Shown in pieces: positions 15,450-27,370 of a DNA stretch of 64,000 bases; position 1 is the first letter of the stretch, and every line of letters starts with the position of its first letter. Source of the DNA: Amoebophrya sp. A120 (taxonomy: Eukaryota; Protista; Dinoflagellata); contig CAJINV010000003.1 in assembly GCA_905178155.1 (NCBI GenBank), positions 5,215,700 through 5,279,699 of the forward strand. Direction: 5' to 3'. The translations under genes and the position numbers were made by a program. The notes under the pieces were generated by a model. The model saw only the letters and a program-made list of their open reading frames with translations, was not told where the DNA came from and made no database searches.

Positions 15450-18400
15450 ATGGTTGAGAGCGTGCAGCCGGCCGTCCCGCCGGACCACGACCTGGAGATG
15501 GAAGCAGCGAAAGCCGCGAGCGAACCTTCTGGGTTTGAAAAACTGGCGACGTTGCACGCAGCTACCACCTCCTCCCTCGCTTTGCCGGTAACAACTAAAC
15601 TCCACACGACGACTGGCGAAACTTACACGGTTGTGCCACAGCAGAGCCAGGAAGTGGCTGCCGTTTCCCAAATTATGAGCACTTTTGCCCACGACCGCAA
15701 ACTTCGGGAGATAGTCTCGCTTGCAACGGAAAAGTCCCCTGCTTCCGCGGCGTCACCGGTTGTTTTCTCGGAGGATTACTTCGAAGCGGTCTGTTCCGCA
15801 CTACCACACACTGACCTCACGACAGGTATCTTTGTTGCTGCGGGACCGCCTTTGCGTGGCGCGAACCGTGCGGATTTCGAGTGCGCCGCGGCAATCCATG
15901 GTGCTGGTCGACCAGGAGGACCAACAGGAGGTACTACGGAAGATGACACCGAGACCACGACGGTTCCCGACTACACCGGAAAAGATGTTGCGGATCAGAC
16001 CGACTGGTTCTTTCGTCCTCCGCAAGTGGCGTCCCTTCTGTGGGACGAACGCATCACGGGGTTTCGCTTCGACGTTCGGGCATTTCTGCGCTCCCACGGG
16101 GCGCTGAGCTTTCAAGAAATGGTTACCGGTAAGGTGCTGGACCAATTTCTGCTCAAAGCGAACGAGCACCTCTGGCAAGCGCAGCAGGAAGACGAGGACC
16201 AGTTCCTGAACAGCAAGTACTTTGTAAAACCAACATCCGTGGCGTCGCTCTGCTCATCTACTCCGGACCACGGGTTGTCTCCCAGTCTATTTCCGGGGCT
16301 TTTCGTCGGTCCCGGCGGGGTCTTCAGCCTGTTCACGCGGAAAGAATTGGCTGTGAACGCCCTCGTCGCGGAAATTCTCAACCTGCTCGCACGAAATCCG
16401 CCCAAGGCACTGATTGAGGGGGAGCGGGCCGCGATTGCGGCGACGGAAGCGGAACGACAAGCGGGGCCGGTGGTGCTGCTCGAGCGACAGCTCGCCGAAC
16501 TGCAGCAGTTGATCGGTCAGGAGGTAAAACAAGGAATCAAGTTGAGATCATGGAATCAAATTAACTGGAATCAAGTTAAACCTGGAATCAAGTTAAGTAC
16601 ATGGAATCAAGTTAAACCTGGAATCAAGTTATATAGAATCAAGTCACTACCTGGAATCAAGTTGAATGGAATCAAGTAAACCACCACAACTTCACATCCA
16701 TCAACCCTTCGCCTCGCAATGCCTCCATGGAAGAATCTATCTGTTGCTCTTTTTGTGTTTTGTGATTGCCATACCCTCGTGCCTAAAGTTCTCCGCTATT
16801 TTTTTTCAAACGCGGCCACTTTTATCAAACGCGTCTGGCTTTTCTTCCTCTGGTCGATAGAGACGTCGCGGATAATGTTAGAGCTAAGCTTCGCGCGCTT
16901 GTCTTGTTTCACGACCCTCTTTCGAAAGTTGTCGGGGCTTTCGCCTTCCGAAGTTCCCGGGGTTTCATTTGTGCTTCCTTCCTTCGAAGGAAGGGTGTGC
17001 GTCTCTGGGGATTCCGCGCTTATTTCGCCTTTCCTCGGAAGACGAAGATCCATCCGTCCCTCTCGGAGTTCCATGCCCGCTTCACCTCCTCTCGGGAGAC
17101 CCATTGCTCTCGGGATTCCGTTTTCATTTCGCCTTCCTGGGACTGGTGTGTGTCAGTCTCGGAGGATTCCGCTTCGCCTTCCTGGGGAAGGTGCTGTCTC
17201 AGGGGACTCCATTTCGCCCTCCTGTGGAAGGTGTCTCGGGGCCTCCATTTCGCCTTCCTTGTACTTAGGCAGGTCTCTCCGGGGATTCTGTTTCGCCTCT
17301 TTCGGAAAGTATCTTGGGGGATTGGCAGGGATCTCCTTCCTGGGAGTTCCATCTTGTCTTCCCGATGTCCGGGGTTTCCGCCTGCAGCACTAAGGGGCCG
17401 AGCCGTTGCGTCAGGTGTTTGGCATTCGCCAACTTCGGCCCCTTCGCCTTGGGGAGATCCGGGGTTTGTACCTTCAGAAGCGCCGAAGGAAGCTTTCACC
17501 TCCGGAGGCTCCGAAGCTTCTTTGGCTTCGGCAGCCTCGGATATCTCGCCTTCGGAAAGCCCTGGCGGGTCTCTCCCCGGCGGAAGGTCCGCAGCTTGAT
17601 TGCCTTTCGGGGGAGTTGGAGTCGTTTCTTTACTGGCTGGCGCGAAGCTTTCGCCATCGACTTCCGATTGAATGGCCCGAGCTTGTTTACACCTCTTGCG
17701 CGACGTGGATTGTTCGGGGTTTTTCTGTGCCCGGGCTCGCCGAGGCGTTTTGGATTCGGTTTCGGAGGGCGCGAGTTTGCCGCCCTCCGGGGCTGCGCGC
17801 GTGTGCTTACAGCTTGTGCGCCGGGGGCCCCGGGTTTTTTCTTTTGTGTCCCGGGGCCTCGTCACATCCACGCCCCGGGGGCCCGGAACATGGCCCGTCG
17901 GAAGGCGGGCCGGCCAGCCTTCGGTAGAGGTAGGCGGGGGGGCCCGGGGCATGAAGCTTTCCTTTGCGGAAAGGCCCGGGGTTTTGTCTTCCGTGAAGCC
18001 AGGAATTGAATTCCGCTCGAGCGACAGCTCGCCGAACTGCAGCAGTTGATCGGCCAGAAACAGGACCGCGATGTGGCCCGCTTGCAACAGGAGGTGCGGC
18101 GCGAACGGGAGAAATTGGCAGAAATGGAGGAAAATCCATTTGGACCAAACAGCGACCCAGACAAGCAAATGCACGTCGTCGCGTGGAAGCAGGACGCGTT
18201 ATCGCAAGTCCAGGCCGAGTTGGATAAACTGAAGGAGCAGGAACTTGCGCTATTGCACCAGATCGACGATGTCGCGGAAAAAATGAAAATGGCAGCCGGA
18301 ACAACGGACGAGGGCGGGGCGCTGGCGAGCGAAAGTGCGGACGAAAACGATGCGCAGCACCTACCTCCGTTTTCTTTTCAAAGCGACTTTCGCTTGTTTC

Positions 18401-21400
18401 ATACGTACGCATGCGACGCTGGTTCATCTTCGCAAGACACCCCGACCGCAGATCTGCCTGCAAATCTCGGTGGTGCGCTGAACCGCAAGGAATTCAGCAT
18501 CTACCTCTTGCGCGCCGGCGAAAAGATTACGGACCCCCGCGGTTTTCTCGAGGGGATCATGAGCGGGGCGGCAGCGCTCTACAGCCGATCGGACGCCTCG
18601 GTGAACGTGCCGAAGCACAGCATGGAAATCTCGTTCTCGCGAAAAGCCCCCCAGGCCGAGCTGCTGTGCGTGTCTCCTTCGGCACCGGATGCGGAGGAGC
18701 AAGGAAAAATATACTATCCGCTCTGGCGACGTTGCTCGACAAACACAGAGGTCGTCAATGACCCAGTGCTCTTCGGAGACGGTAAGTGCGAGTTATTCTT
18801 GAACGTACACAATGTGTATGTGATAAGTTGTCCATGTGATACTAGTTCGCAGGCAGAATGAAAAGAAAGCCTGCGACATCTTTGCTTGACGTGCAGTTAG
18901 TATCGCAACGCACTTTCAGATGCTGTTTTCGACGTGCCGGATCACTGGCTGGCCTTGCGAGCAACGAACGGGCCGCTGCGGTTTCAGGTAGGATTTTCGG
19001 AAAGCGGGCTCTTTCACGGGGCGAACACAGCCGCGAACTTTTTCCTCGGCTTACGACACAACGCACTTGAGGTGTCAGATTTACTGCTGAAGGAGGAGGC
19101 GTTGCAGTGTCTGTCCCTCTTGTCGGCCTGCTTGCTCTCCACGCTTGTCTATTGAGAGGAAAAATCCCCCCTCCCCATATTGAAAAGGCATATTTCCGAA
19201 AATTTGTGTTGCTGATTTGAGGTCACAAATCGCGTTTGTTTTGCAAGAAGACAAGTGCAGAAGCTTCCGCACCATTATGGAAGCACTTTGTCATGCTGTT
19301 GGGCTTAAAGGGCCGCCGCTTGCCATGCTGAACAACTAGACGCATACGCCCCTCCCTAGCTTGGGGATCTGACCGCAGTGCTTTCCTGCAATACAAGTCG
19401 GATTTGTGTACGCAAATCCAGCATCTTTTTGGCTCAAGCCGTTTTGTCTTGTGGCCCATTTCCCACTTTAGAGACGGGGCCGCACCCCCGTAAGATCAAC
19501 TCGTCGGACTCATCGTGGAGATCAACCCCCGTGAGATCCAAGATCCGTAGAGGCACTCTGTAACAGGCACCAGGTGCGGCTGGTAGACTTTTAGACTCAC
19601 TCCGGGTAAGTTCCTAGTAATTCAAAGCAAAACAAAAACGAAGACACATCTGCCCTCCACCTGAAGCGCGCACGTGCGCAAAATGCTTCGGTGGCTCCAG
19701 CGGGCGTTCGCCCGGCTCTTCGTCTTGTCACCAGCGGCGGCGGACGGCGCATCTACTTTTGGTCGTGAACAGAGTACAATGACTCCGCAAACACAAGTTA
19801 GCGAAACGGACGAGGTGGCCGCCGGCACTCGCTAGTTGTGGACTCCATCCCCGAGCTGCCGATGGTGGATGAATTCTGCCGCCCATCTCCGAGTCACGAG
19901 GATGCCGCGTCCACTAGCGGATCGCCCTGCTGCGCTGGAGATCAGGGACTTTTATTTATTGTTTTCGTTCGTCTCACACTCACTCGCATGGATTCGATTC
20001 GTAGATCATACTAGCACCTGCACCATATCCAAGTTTATTTCTTTTGTATGTGTTTTTTTTTTCAGCCATCCTAAAACAAAGTCCGTCTGTGTTGTAGCAG
20101 CGGGTTGTCTTCTGGCCCTCCTGGTAACCGCATTCGATATAACTGACCTCAGGCTTGTCGTGGTGGCTGTGCGAGCAGCGGCTGTGCGCGGCTCTTTCCT
20201 CCTGCGCGGTGCGGCCTTCTCGATGCGGACGGGCCTTGAGGCACAAAGGTGGTGGTGGTGGTGGTGGTGGTGTTGACGGGATGGCTACGGAGATGGTATT
20301 CGGGTTGTCTTCATCGGATTTTCTTGCCGGGGGTACCGGGGCTGACCCATCTGTGTCAGTGCGCGGACCACGCCATCAGCTGTGATAGCGGCGCCCCATC
20401 TGCGGCGTTCGGTGTCCCCCGTGCGCCGGGTCCTGCGCGGTGCGACATTCTCGGAGTGGCCGAGCTTTGCGGCACCAAGTTACCATCTCCGAGTGCGACA
20501 CCAGGGTGGAGGTCGTCTCGTGGAGGGCGTCATCCGGCTCTGGCCACGAGTGGTGGTGTCCAGCGTGATGCGCTGTCTGTTCGACATCGCCCGCAGTTCT
20601 CCGTCACAGTGTTGTTGCTTTCGCAGTTGCTCTTCGAGATGCAAGCTGCGCTGGACGATGACGAGGTGGAGCAGCAGTTTGGGACGCGATTCCGTTTCAT
20701 TCGGCTCCGAGCTACATCGAGGTCTCAGTCTCACGCGCGGCTAGCAGGCGGGAAAGGACTCTCCGATATCGACACCGGCTGCAGACAGGCAGAGTGGGAA
20801 TTATCCACTGCCCATTCTTCATGCGGTCCTCCTGGGGTCTCTGGGGCTGTCCCTTCTGTGACAGTGCGCGGACCAACCCTTCTGCGTTGATAGCGGCACC
20901 CCTTTTGCGGTGTTCAGAGACCTCGGGCGCCGGTTCCTGCGCGATCCAGGACGCAGCGGAGGCAAGACAATGGGGTGGCCGGTAGGAGGGTGAGGAGTTG
21001 CCGCTCTACGCTTACAGCGGACGACGGTACCTGGTGGGCTCGTCACGTCATTCCCCGGATGCTGGATCAGGCAGCTCGGCCACGGTACTAGATCACATCA
21101 GTAAGTCGTCTTTGCATCTGCCTCTCTTTTCTGATTAATTTTCGTTTGTAGTTGCTCTGTGTGGTAGGTTTGCATGGTTACTTTTTGTTTGTACGTAGGT
21201 TTGCATGTGCATGCGTGTCGATGAATGATATCGAAACCTATGCCGCCATCCTGCGGGACGGCGGCGTTCTGGCTTTCCAACTCTATCCTCCCCAGGACCG
21301 TCAGCCCCGCCTCCATCTCGATTGGTCAGCGACTGCGTGTCCGAGCGATGGGTTGCTCTGGAGGCCAAAACCACTCCGCGTCCGATAGTTGCTCTCTCGT

Positions 21401-23015
21401 TTGGGAAAACGATGGCGATATGGCTTACGTCGGGGCTATGGTACGAATTTACGCTCTTGGCGGTCGGCTGTCTCCGGGTGTCCTTCCCAAGCTGTGGCTC
21501 GCGGCGTGGTGCGTTTGCCGGTGCCGACCCTTTTCTACGGAACGCTGTGGTGTCCTACTCTTCTGGCGGTCCTTCAAGAGCCCTTTCGCCTTCATCCCAG
21601 TGCTGTCGTTGACAGACCTTGGGCTGATAATCCCGTTGCAGGAGGTTCGGTCCTTGGCGCGTCTTCGCCACCGGCAGGAGTCAGGATGGGTAGATGGGTC
21701 TCCTCGTTGTTGCTTGAGCTTGCTCAGGTCTTCGCTGCTTTCGGTGGCTGGTGGCCGCTCTTGGGTTTCAGGTGTGGGTCGGAGTTCGTTTGCCTCTCGT
21801 CAGTTTGGACGGAGTGCTCTCGTTCAGCCACCCCCCGGCGGTCGACTGTCGGCGATCTGGCCCCCCCAGCTCATGATTGCAGTGTTGGCTGGTGATGACG
21901 AGGTTGCGGACAGTTGACTTGTCATCTGTCTGGTTCGCCCATTTTGCTGCCACGACTGTTTGGTCCCCGGTCCCCTGAGGCGGGGGGATACGGGTTACCT
22001 GGTCGGGATGTCGCGCGGAAGGTGTCTCTCACGTCCCTAGCTCTTCGTACTCGCCGCTGAGTACAGTCGAGCGCCTTGGTTGATCGCCACACTGTTTCAT
22101 AGTGCTGAAACGACCCGGCTTTCACTAGGGGGAGCATTCGTACACTTTGTGCCCTCCGGGACTATGCCTCTGCTTCCGTCTAAACTGAGGGGTCCACTTA
22201 TCCCTCTCGGTATTCGGTCGCAGGGAAGGGTTGCCGGGGTCTCCCTCGCATCGGTTCTCGATGTCGGGTGTGAGTTTGTGACTGCGGGGGCAGTGGTTGG
22301 CTTAGGTTTGCGGAGTACATCTGAAAAGAGGCTCCCATTCCTTCTTCCAGGTAGCGATCCTAGATCGCCGCCACGCGGAGCCACCCCCGTATTTCACCCC
22401 CAGGGGGTTGTGGACCTGGCAAAGCCGATGAGTTCGGGCTGCTGACTGTTCCACTTCTTCCGAGCGCGATCATGCTACGCCTCACGCAAATCCAGCATCA
22501 GAAACTTCGTTTTGATATGGGGAGGGGGGATTTTTCCTTTTGATATTGTCTTCCAGAACGCACCATCCCTCCGAGCGGGGAGATCAGTACAACCCTCGAC
22601 GCCACGAGCAGCTACACTGGGAATGGCACGCCTGCCCATCCTGCCGCTGTTACAAGCAGCGCTGTACTACGATGTAAAGATGTACCCAGTTTGCTTCGGC
22701 GCAGCAGCAGAGAAAGAGAACGATACCCACAGCCTGCCTCCCTTTCTCCTCGAAGTCATTCTCTGGAAACTGCGAGAACTCTCGCCGGAGCATTCCTACG
22801 AGGAGGACCACTTCCAGCTACTGTTGGAGACGGCCTACCCGAAAGTTTTGAAAAGTACTGGGCAAAACCGGGAGAGCCATTTGGACCGACTGAAGCGCAT
22901 GCAGCTGTCCTTTTTGCATTCGGTGCCGAAAACCAACAAGCACCTCTCGGCTTCCAAACTGCGGCGGGCCATCGACATCTACGAATCTTGCACTAGCTTG
23001 CGTTCTCGGACGTGA
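15450..23015 (+). CDS. Unknown protein interrupted by a 1.5-kb insertion-intron and a 3.4-kb nested introner
   Basis: Exons 15450-16523, 18058-18781, 19079-19149 and 22551-23015 join in one frame (..LIGQE|KQDRD.., ..FGD D LLLKEE.., ..STLV|FQNAP..). No recognised domain. Confidence 0.7.
16521..18014. mobile_element. 1.5-kb insertion flanked by a 43-bp direct repeat
   Basis: gctcgagcgacagctcgccgaactgcagcagttgatcgg(t/c)cag at 16478-16520 and 18015-18057 (1 mismatch). Interior is compositionally distinct (TTCGCC/TTCC-rich) with broken minus-strand ORFs. Confidence 0.8.
16533..16678 (+). repeat. Array of 9 GGAATCAAGTT-like units with 4-8 nt variable linkers
   Basis: Read directly; lies at the left end of the 1.5-kb insertion. 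Confidence 0.9.
19426..22483 (+). mobile_element. 3.06-kb nested insertion with 16-bp TSD, starting with a DinoSL 3' fragment (probable retroposed sequence)
   Basis: acgcaaatccagcatc at 19410-19425 and 22484-22499. TTTTGGCTCAAG at 19427-19438. No intact long ORF recognised. (GGT)n tract at about 20248-20272. Confidence 0.8.
19427..19438 (+). other. Spliced-leader relic (last 12 nt of DinoSL DCCGTAGCCATTTTGGCTCAAG)
   Basis: Exact 12-nt match at the insertion boundary, followed by CCGTTTTGTC (8/10 match to CCATTTTGGC), a possible second relic. Confidence 0.75.
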
Positions 23016-24214
23016 TTGCGGAGCGGACCACTGGATGTTTTCAGTATCTGTAGGTCGTGGTGCCAACTCTTCACAGAAGAGCCTCTGTGTAAACAAAAAT
23101 ACAACCACCTCCACGCCCCAGTCGGGTATCAATACGCGTCAATGATTAGCAACTGTCCCCGGAAAAAGTTCCGTTCTCCTCGGCTGCTTTTTCATGCCCT
23201 TGCGCGCCGCGACGGCCGTTCGGACGTGGCATGACGCAAATTCGTGTAGATTACTGCAAGAAACGGCGTGGGAATCTCAGGTCATTGATTTTGCAGAGCT
23301 ACTAGCGCCCTTTAGATTCATTACCACGCGAGACCGAAGCAGCTGCTCATGCGCATCAGCATTTGTATGTCGACTATGTGTTTCGTGCGCACACGCAGTA
23401 CGCTAATCCGGTCGAGATGAAGGAGTTTGGACTGCAAAAGTCTGTCGAGCGAAAATCGGTCCAGAAAAGTCGGTGGTGTTTGTCAGTCACTTTGTTTCAG
23501 CACGCACCGTCGGACAAATAATTTCACAGTCTTCGTTTTGATAATTACTTATCTGATTTGGATGATTTAGACGTGCGCCAGAGTCTGTGCTGTATGGCCC
23601 TGCTCTCCCCACCCCCATTACAAATCAAGAGAAATTCTGCCGACCGTAGACGTACTCTATACTCAACACATTATTTTTTACCATGCGCATCTCTTGGACG
23701 TCGAGGTGACACGATACGATACCAGATGACCGTTGCCAGTGCAGTTAGGTCTCGTCAAACATTCTAGACACGTAATTTTTGTAAAAAGACCGAAGTAGTC
23801 TGATAGCGAATAAAGCAACTCGAGTTATCTTTCTGCCTTTCTACACATAACGATAAGTAGTACGACACAACAAGGCGTTTATTTCCGTCACAGCCTCACT
23901 GCCTTCCATCGCGTGTGTAAGGCGTCTACGGTCTCTCAATCTCAACTAGGCAAATATTCGCAATGTCGTGTCATCAGCCAGGAAGGACTATGAAAAGCGA
24001 CAACGCGAAATGGAGCTCCGGGCATCCTCCACACATTTGCGCAGCGACAAGCAGTTAGTATCGCTCTGTCACGAGGACGGGGTAGGTTTCGGTTTCTCGC
24101 GAAAGAACCTCTACCTAGGGCACGCTGGCCTATCGGAAGTGCGTACTTAGACTGCAAAGCCAGGAAGCGACATAGCTACTAGGACGCCCGGCAGGAGACC
24201 ACCCTGCGGTGATT

Positions 24215-27200
24215 ATGGGCGGTGCGGTGGGGCAGCAGAAGAACGCGGAGGCGCGAGCGCTGAAGAGCAAGCAGGCGGAGCTTGGTTTTTTCCGAGACAC
24301 GCAGGAGCGGCGGGACATCGAGTGGCGGGACCGGCCGGATGCGGAGGTAGTGGTGGGCGAGGCAACGCACCCCGAGTGGGAGCAGACCGACAGTATCGTG
24401 TTCTCAAAACCGGTATCAAATGTAAAAATGTCTGGGTCTGGAAGAATGCATGTTTGTCCTGCTTGTCTGGCATGACTCTTAAATCTGTCATGCACATTGC
24501 CCAAAAGACGTTTTTTTCTGTCATGCGGAGACGCAGTTTGTCATGCAGAATAGGCAACACCTACAACCTCAGAAATTTGTCATGCTGAGCCAGCACTTGT
24601 GGCCTCCTCATGCTACGCCACTCAGCATCACAAGTTTCCAGACCCAGACACTTTTACATTTGATAACCGGTCGACTTCGCGAAGAAGCAGCAGCGGCAGT
24701 ATTACAATGAAAAATGCCCCCACCCCAAGCTTGGCAGCATTTGTATTGCAAACCTTTCCAACAGAAACATTCCCCGTCTTGCATATCTCAGCATCACAAA
24801 TTTGCCATGCTGAATAGCTCAGATTTGTGTTGCGAAGGAGCCCAACAGCAGCCGGATCTGTTATGGACAAGGCACCTTGCGCACCTAGATTCTGCATCAG
24901 AGAGGCTCGCAATCCTTTTATGCAAGACAAAAAGCTTTCATTTGGAAACTTTGCATGACAAACTTCTGCGAATTCCGGGTTGGGGGCATTTTTCATCGTA
25001 ATAGGCAGGGCCGGTTCTTTTCCAAGATGTATCGGTTCATCGGCACCTGGAAGGTGGACCAAAACTGCCTCTTCCTCCGCTGGGACGGAAAGGACGGCCA
25101 GATGGATGTGCTCCGCGCGGAGCGGATAGAAATCGAGTTCGCGAACTATGGCGTTGGCAAGCGTTTTTATTTACATAGATCGCCGTCAATTGTACGTGAA
25201 TCCTACTCCATTTGTGATGCAAGATTAGCAAACGCTAAAAGGGTCTTGCGCCTCCAGCACCACAACGAACTTCGGCACGGATTCTCACGTTGTTGAGCGC
25301 GTTGAAAGCTTAGCTTGCACAAAAACCTGGGCCACATGCAGATGAACGCGACACAGGTTCTGCATGACAGGATCCACGTAACAGCGATCCATGTAATATA
25401 ACGTTTGAGGGTGCCATACGAACCCACAGACCAAGATGATGGTCAAGGTTACGGAACCTAACGTCTTGCCGTGGTGGTTCACACCCGACTGCGTGTCGAA
25501 GCGCTTCGAGCGCTCGGACGAATCTCTGAAGAACTTCGAGTGCGGCGTCTGTTACTTCGAGCTGTGGAAAGCCCGCGGAGCAGCATATCCTATTGCACGA
25601 CTCCGCCTACTGCTTCGTGGACCCGCCTCGGCTGTCATGCAGAGTGAAACTAATACACATTGATTTGTGCAAGTGCGTGTAGTTGTGCTGTCACTTCAAT
25701 TTATTTCGGCCTGTCTGACAACGCTGCCTTGTCGCACTACATTGTTTGAAAGTCCTCTGTGCCTTTACAAAATAGAATCAAGCGTCCCTTAATGTCGTGC
25801 GTGAGCGTGTGACTTTCGTTTTCCGTGATTTACTTCAAATGTGGGTGAAAAGCACGGCGAGTTTTGCGCGCTCATACTGCAATGCGAAGGTACACACGCC
25901 GGGTATGCGAGCATTACATACACTACGAGTGTGCTGCGCATTTGCTGGAAGAGGCTCGGACAGAACACGGTAAGATTTTCCGCACTTTAGGCTGCGATGC
26001 GGTTCTACATGATTTTGATTTATTGTGCTCCTGCGCGTACTATTTTCTATAACGACGTTTTGTACGTCGTTTTGGTCTTCATACATTTTCAAGCTCAATT
26101 TTGTGCAGGTCGAAACGAAGCAGAGTGCCCGGTGTGCGGTGCAAGATTTAATGAGGTCAAAGAAATTTACGATACAGAACGAGCTTCGAGAAGTAAGTCT
26201 TTTTGCTTTATTCAATCAAACTCACTGCGGTGCAACGCTGCATGCCTGAATGCTGCGGAAAATGGTCGCGATTTGCGAGCAGCAAAGTTTCGATTCCGAT
26301 CTCGATCGTCATGTATGACCACGCAGTTAAATTCTGCAATGTGGTAGTTTTGAAAAAATGCCAAAAGTTCGAGTAAAGTCTTGCCTCTGGAAGCTTTTCT
26401 AAGCATATTTTGCCCGATATTTTGAAGGATCCGCGGGGGTGGTTTCAGATCGTTGATGCGGATTACGGTGGCGAGTTGAATCGAGTCGAGGTGCTGAACG
26501 GGTTGGGTACTACGATGCCCATCTCCCGCGAAAAACTTGAAGATGCAATAGAAAATCACTGGCACGAATGGGATCCCGATGGTACTACCACAACATGAAT
26601 AAATCTCATCTACGTCGCAGCTACCATCTGTTGCTAATCGGATCCGCTTGTTCATCTACTCCTGAGTCGTATGTGGAAGAATAAACTGAACAAACTTTAT
26701 TTGCAGAGTGGGTAGATAAGACCCGACGTCGTCCCGAGTTCGTTGCGCAGTCAGATATACGAGAATGAATGCGTCGGTTGAAAGGAAGAAACTCGTTCCA
26801 CAGGTTCTGGCACAATCACGGCGCGCGAATTTATGCTTGCGGGTAACGGGTTGAAGGACTACATCGTGCGGCACATCAAGGAGCTCGAGGGAAAGACGTC
26901 GGGCAAGGGCATGGCCATTCTGGACATCCCGGACCTGGATACCCACCCCCTTGAGTGGTTTGAGTACTGGGACGCGGACAATTCGGGCACGCTGGAACAG
27001 CACGAGATGGTGCGCGCCTTCGTTCGCACCTTCTGCGTGACCAACTGGGGCGAGCCCATCCTGCGTCGGGCCTTCGACATGCGCAAGCTGGCGGTCGTGG
27101 TGTGGAGCGAGCTTGGGTTCCACGCTCTGGATAGCATCGACTTCGAGACCTTTCTGGAACCAGACGGCCTCGCCGTATGAGAGTGGTGCACAACTAGCGA

Positions 27201-27370
27201 CCCCTCTCCCTCGTTTGCCGATTTTTCGTGCATGAAATATATACGGTTTAATACAATTACAAATGAGCGAGAGGCGGGGCGGGAGGTGTGCACCACTCTC
27301 ATACGCCGACACATTTATTCACAATCAAATCCATCTTAATGCTTTCGGCACGGGTTCGCAGGGGTTTTGA
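24215..27370 (+). CDS. RING finger + EF-hand protein with possible N-myristoylation (MGGAVG)
   Basis: RING CGVC..CEHYIHYEC..CPVC; EF-hand loops DADYGGELNRVE, DPDGSGTITARE, DADNSGTLEQHE. Frame restored by removing four introners; stop TGA at 27368-27370. Confidence 0.85.
24414..24665 (+). mobile_element. Introner family B (252 bp), TSD ACCGG
   Basis: 30-bp TIR tatcaaatgtaaaaatgtctgggtctggaa (1 mismatch). Removal gives ..FSKPVDFAKK.. Near-identical to the copy at 38810. Confidence 0.95.
24700..25003 (+). mobile_element. Introner (304 bp), TSD GGCAG
   Basis: 27-bp TIR tattacaatgaaaaatgcccccacccc (2 mismatches). Removal gives ..QQRQGRFFSK.. Confidence 0.95.
25147..25418 (+). mobile_element. Introner (272 bp), TSD CGAAC, degenerate TIR
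   Basis: Ends tatggc..caagcgtt / aacgtttga..gccata. Removal gives ..EFANPQTKMMVK.. Confidence 0.85.
26168..26407 (+). mobile_element. Decayed introner-like intron
   Basis: Left end tacgatacagaacgagcttcgagaagtaag vs reverse complement of right end tatgcttagaaaagcttccagaggcaag. TSD no longer recognisable. Separates ..KEI and LPDILKD.. Confidence 0.55.
27176..27303 (+). mobile_element. Mini-introner (128 bp), TSD CGCCG
   Basis: Perfect 17-bp TIR tatgagagtggtgcaca. Removal gives ..DGLADTFIHN.. Confidence 0.92.

Larger units (their letters stand above)
19150..22545 (+). mobile_element. Introner family A (322 bp without its nested insert), TSD TTGTC
   Basis: 31-bp TIR tattgagaggaaaaatcccccctccccatat / atatggggaggggggatttttccttttgata. 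TTGTC at 19145-19149 and 22546-22550. Body colinear with the copy at 46662. Confidence 0.93.

Noticed and set aside
16533-16678. CRISPR-like repeat-spacer array
   Set aside because: Repeats are 11 nt and linkers 4-8 nt, some identical; eukaryotic context with no cas genes. It is a minisatellite.
16719-18174. Overlapping 200-380 aa ORFs in the 1.5-kb insert as real genes or a transposase
   Set aside because: Low-complexity GC-rich sequence with no catalytic motifs; frames are broken.
19426-22483. Nested insert as the autonomous transposase cargo of family A
   Set aside because: It has its own 16-bp TSD inside the element and no long ORF or DDE motif, so it is a secondary insertion.
24414-24475. 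Recurrent peptide SNVKMSGSG in several predicted ORFs as a protein motif
   Set aside because: It is read-through translation of the family B TIR.
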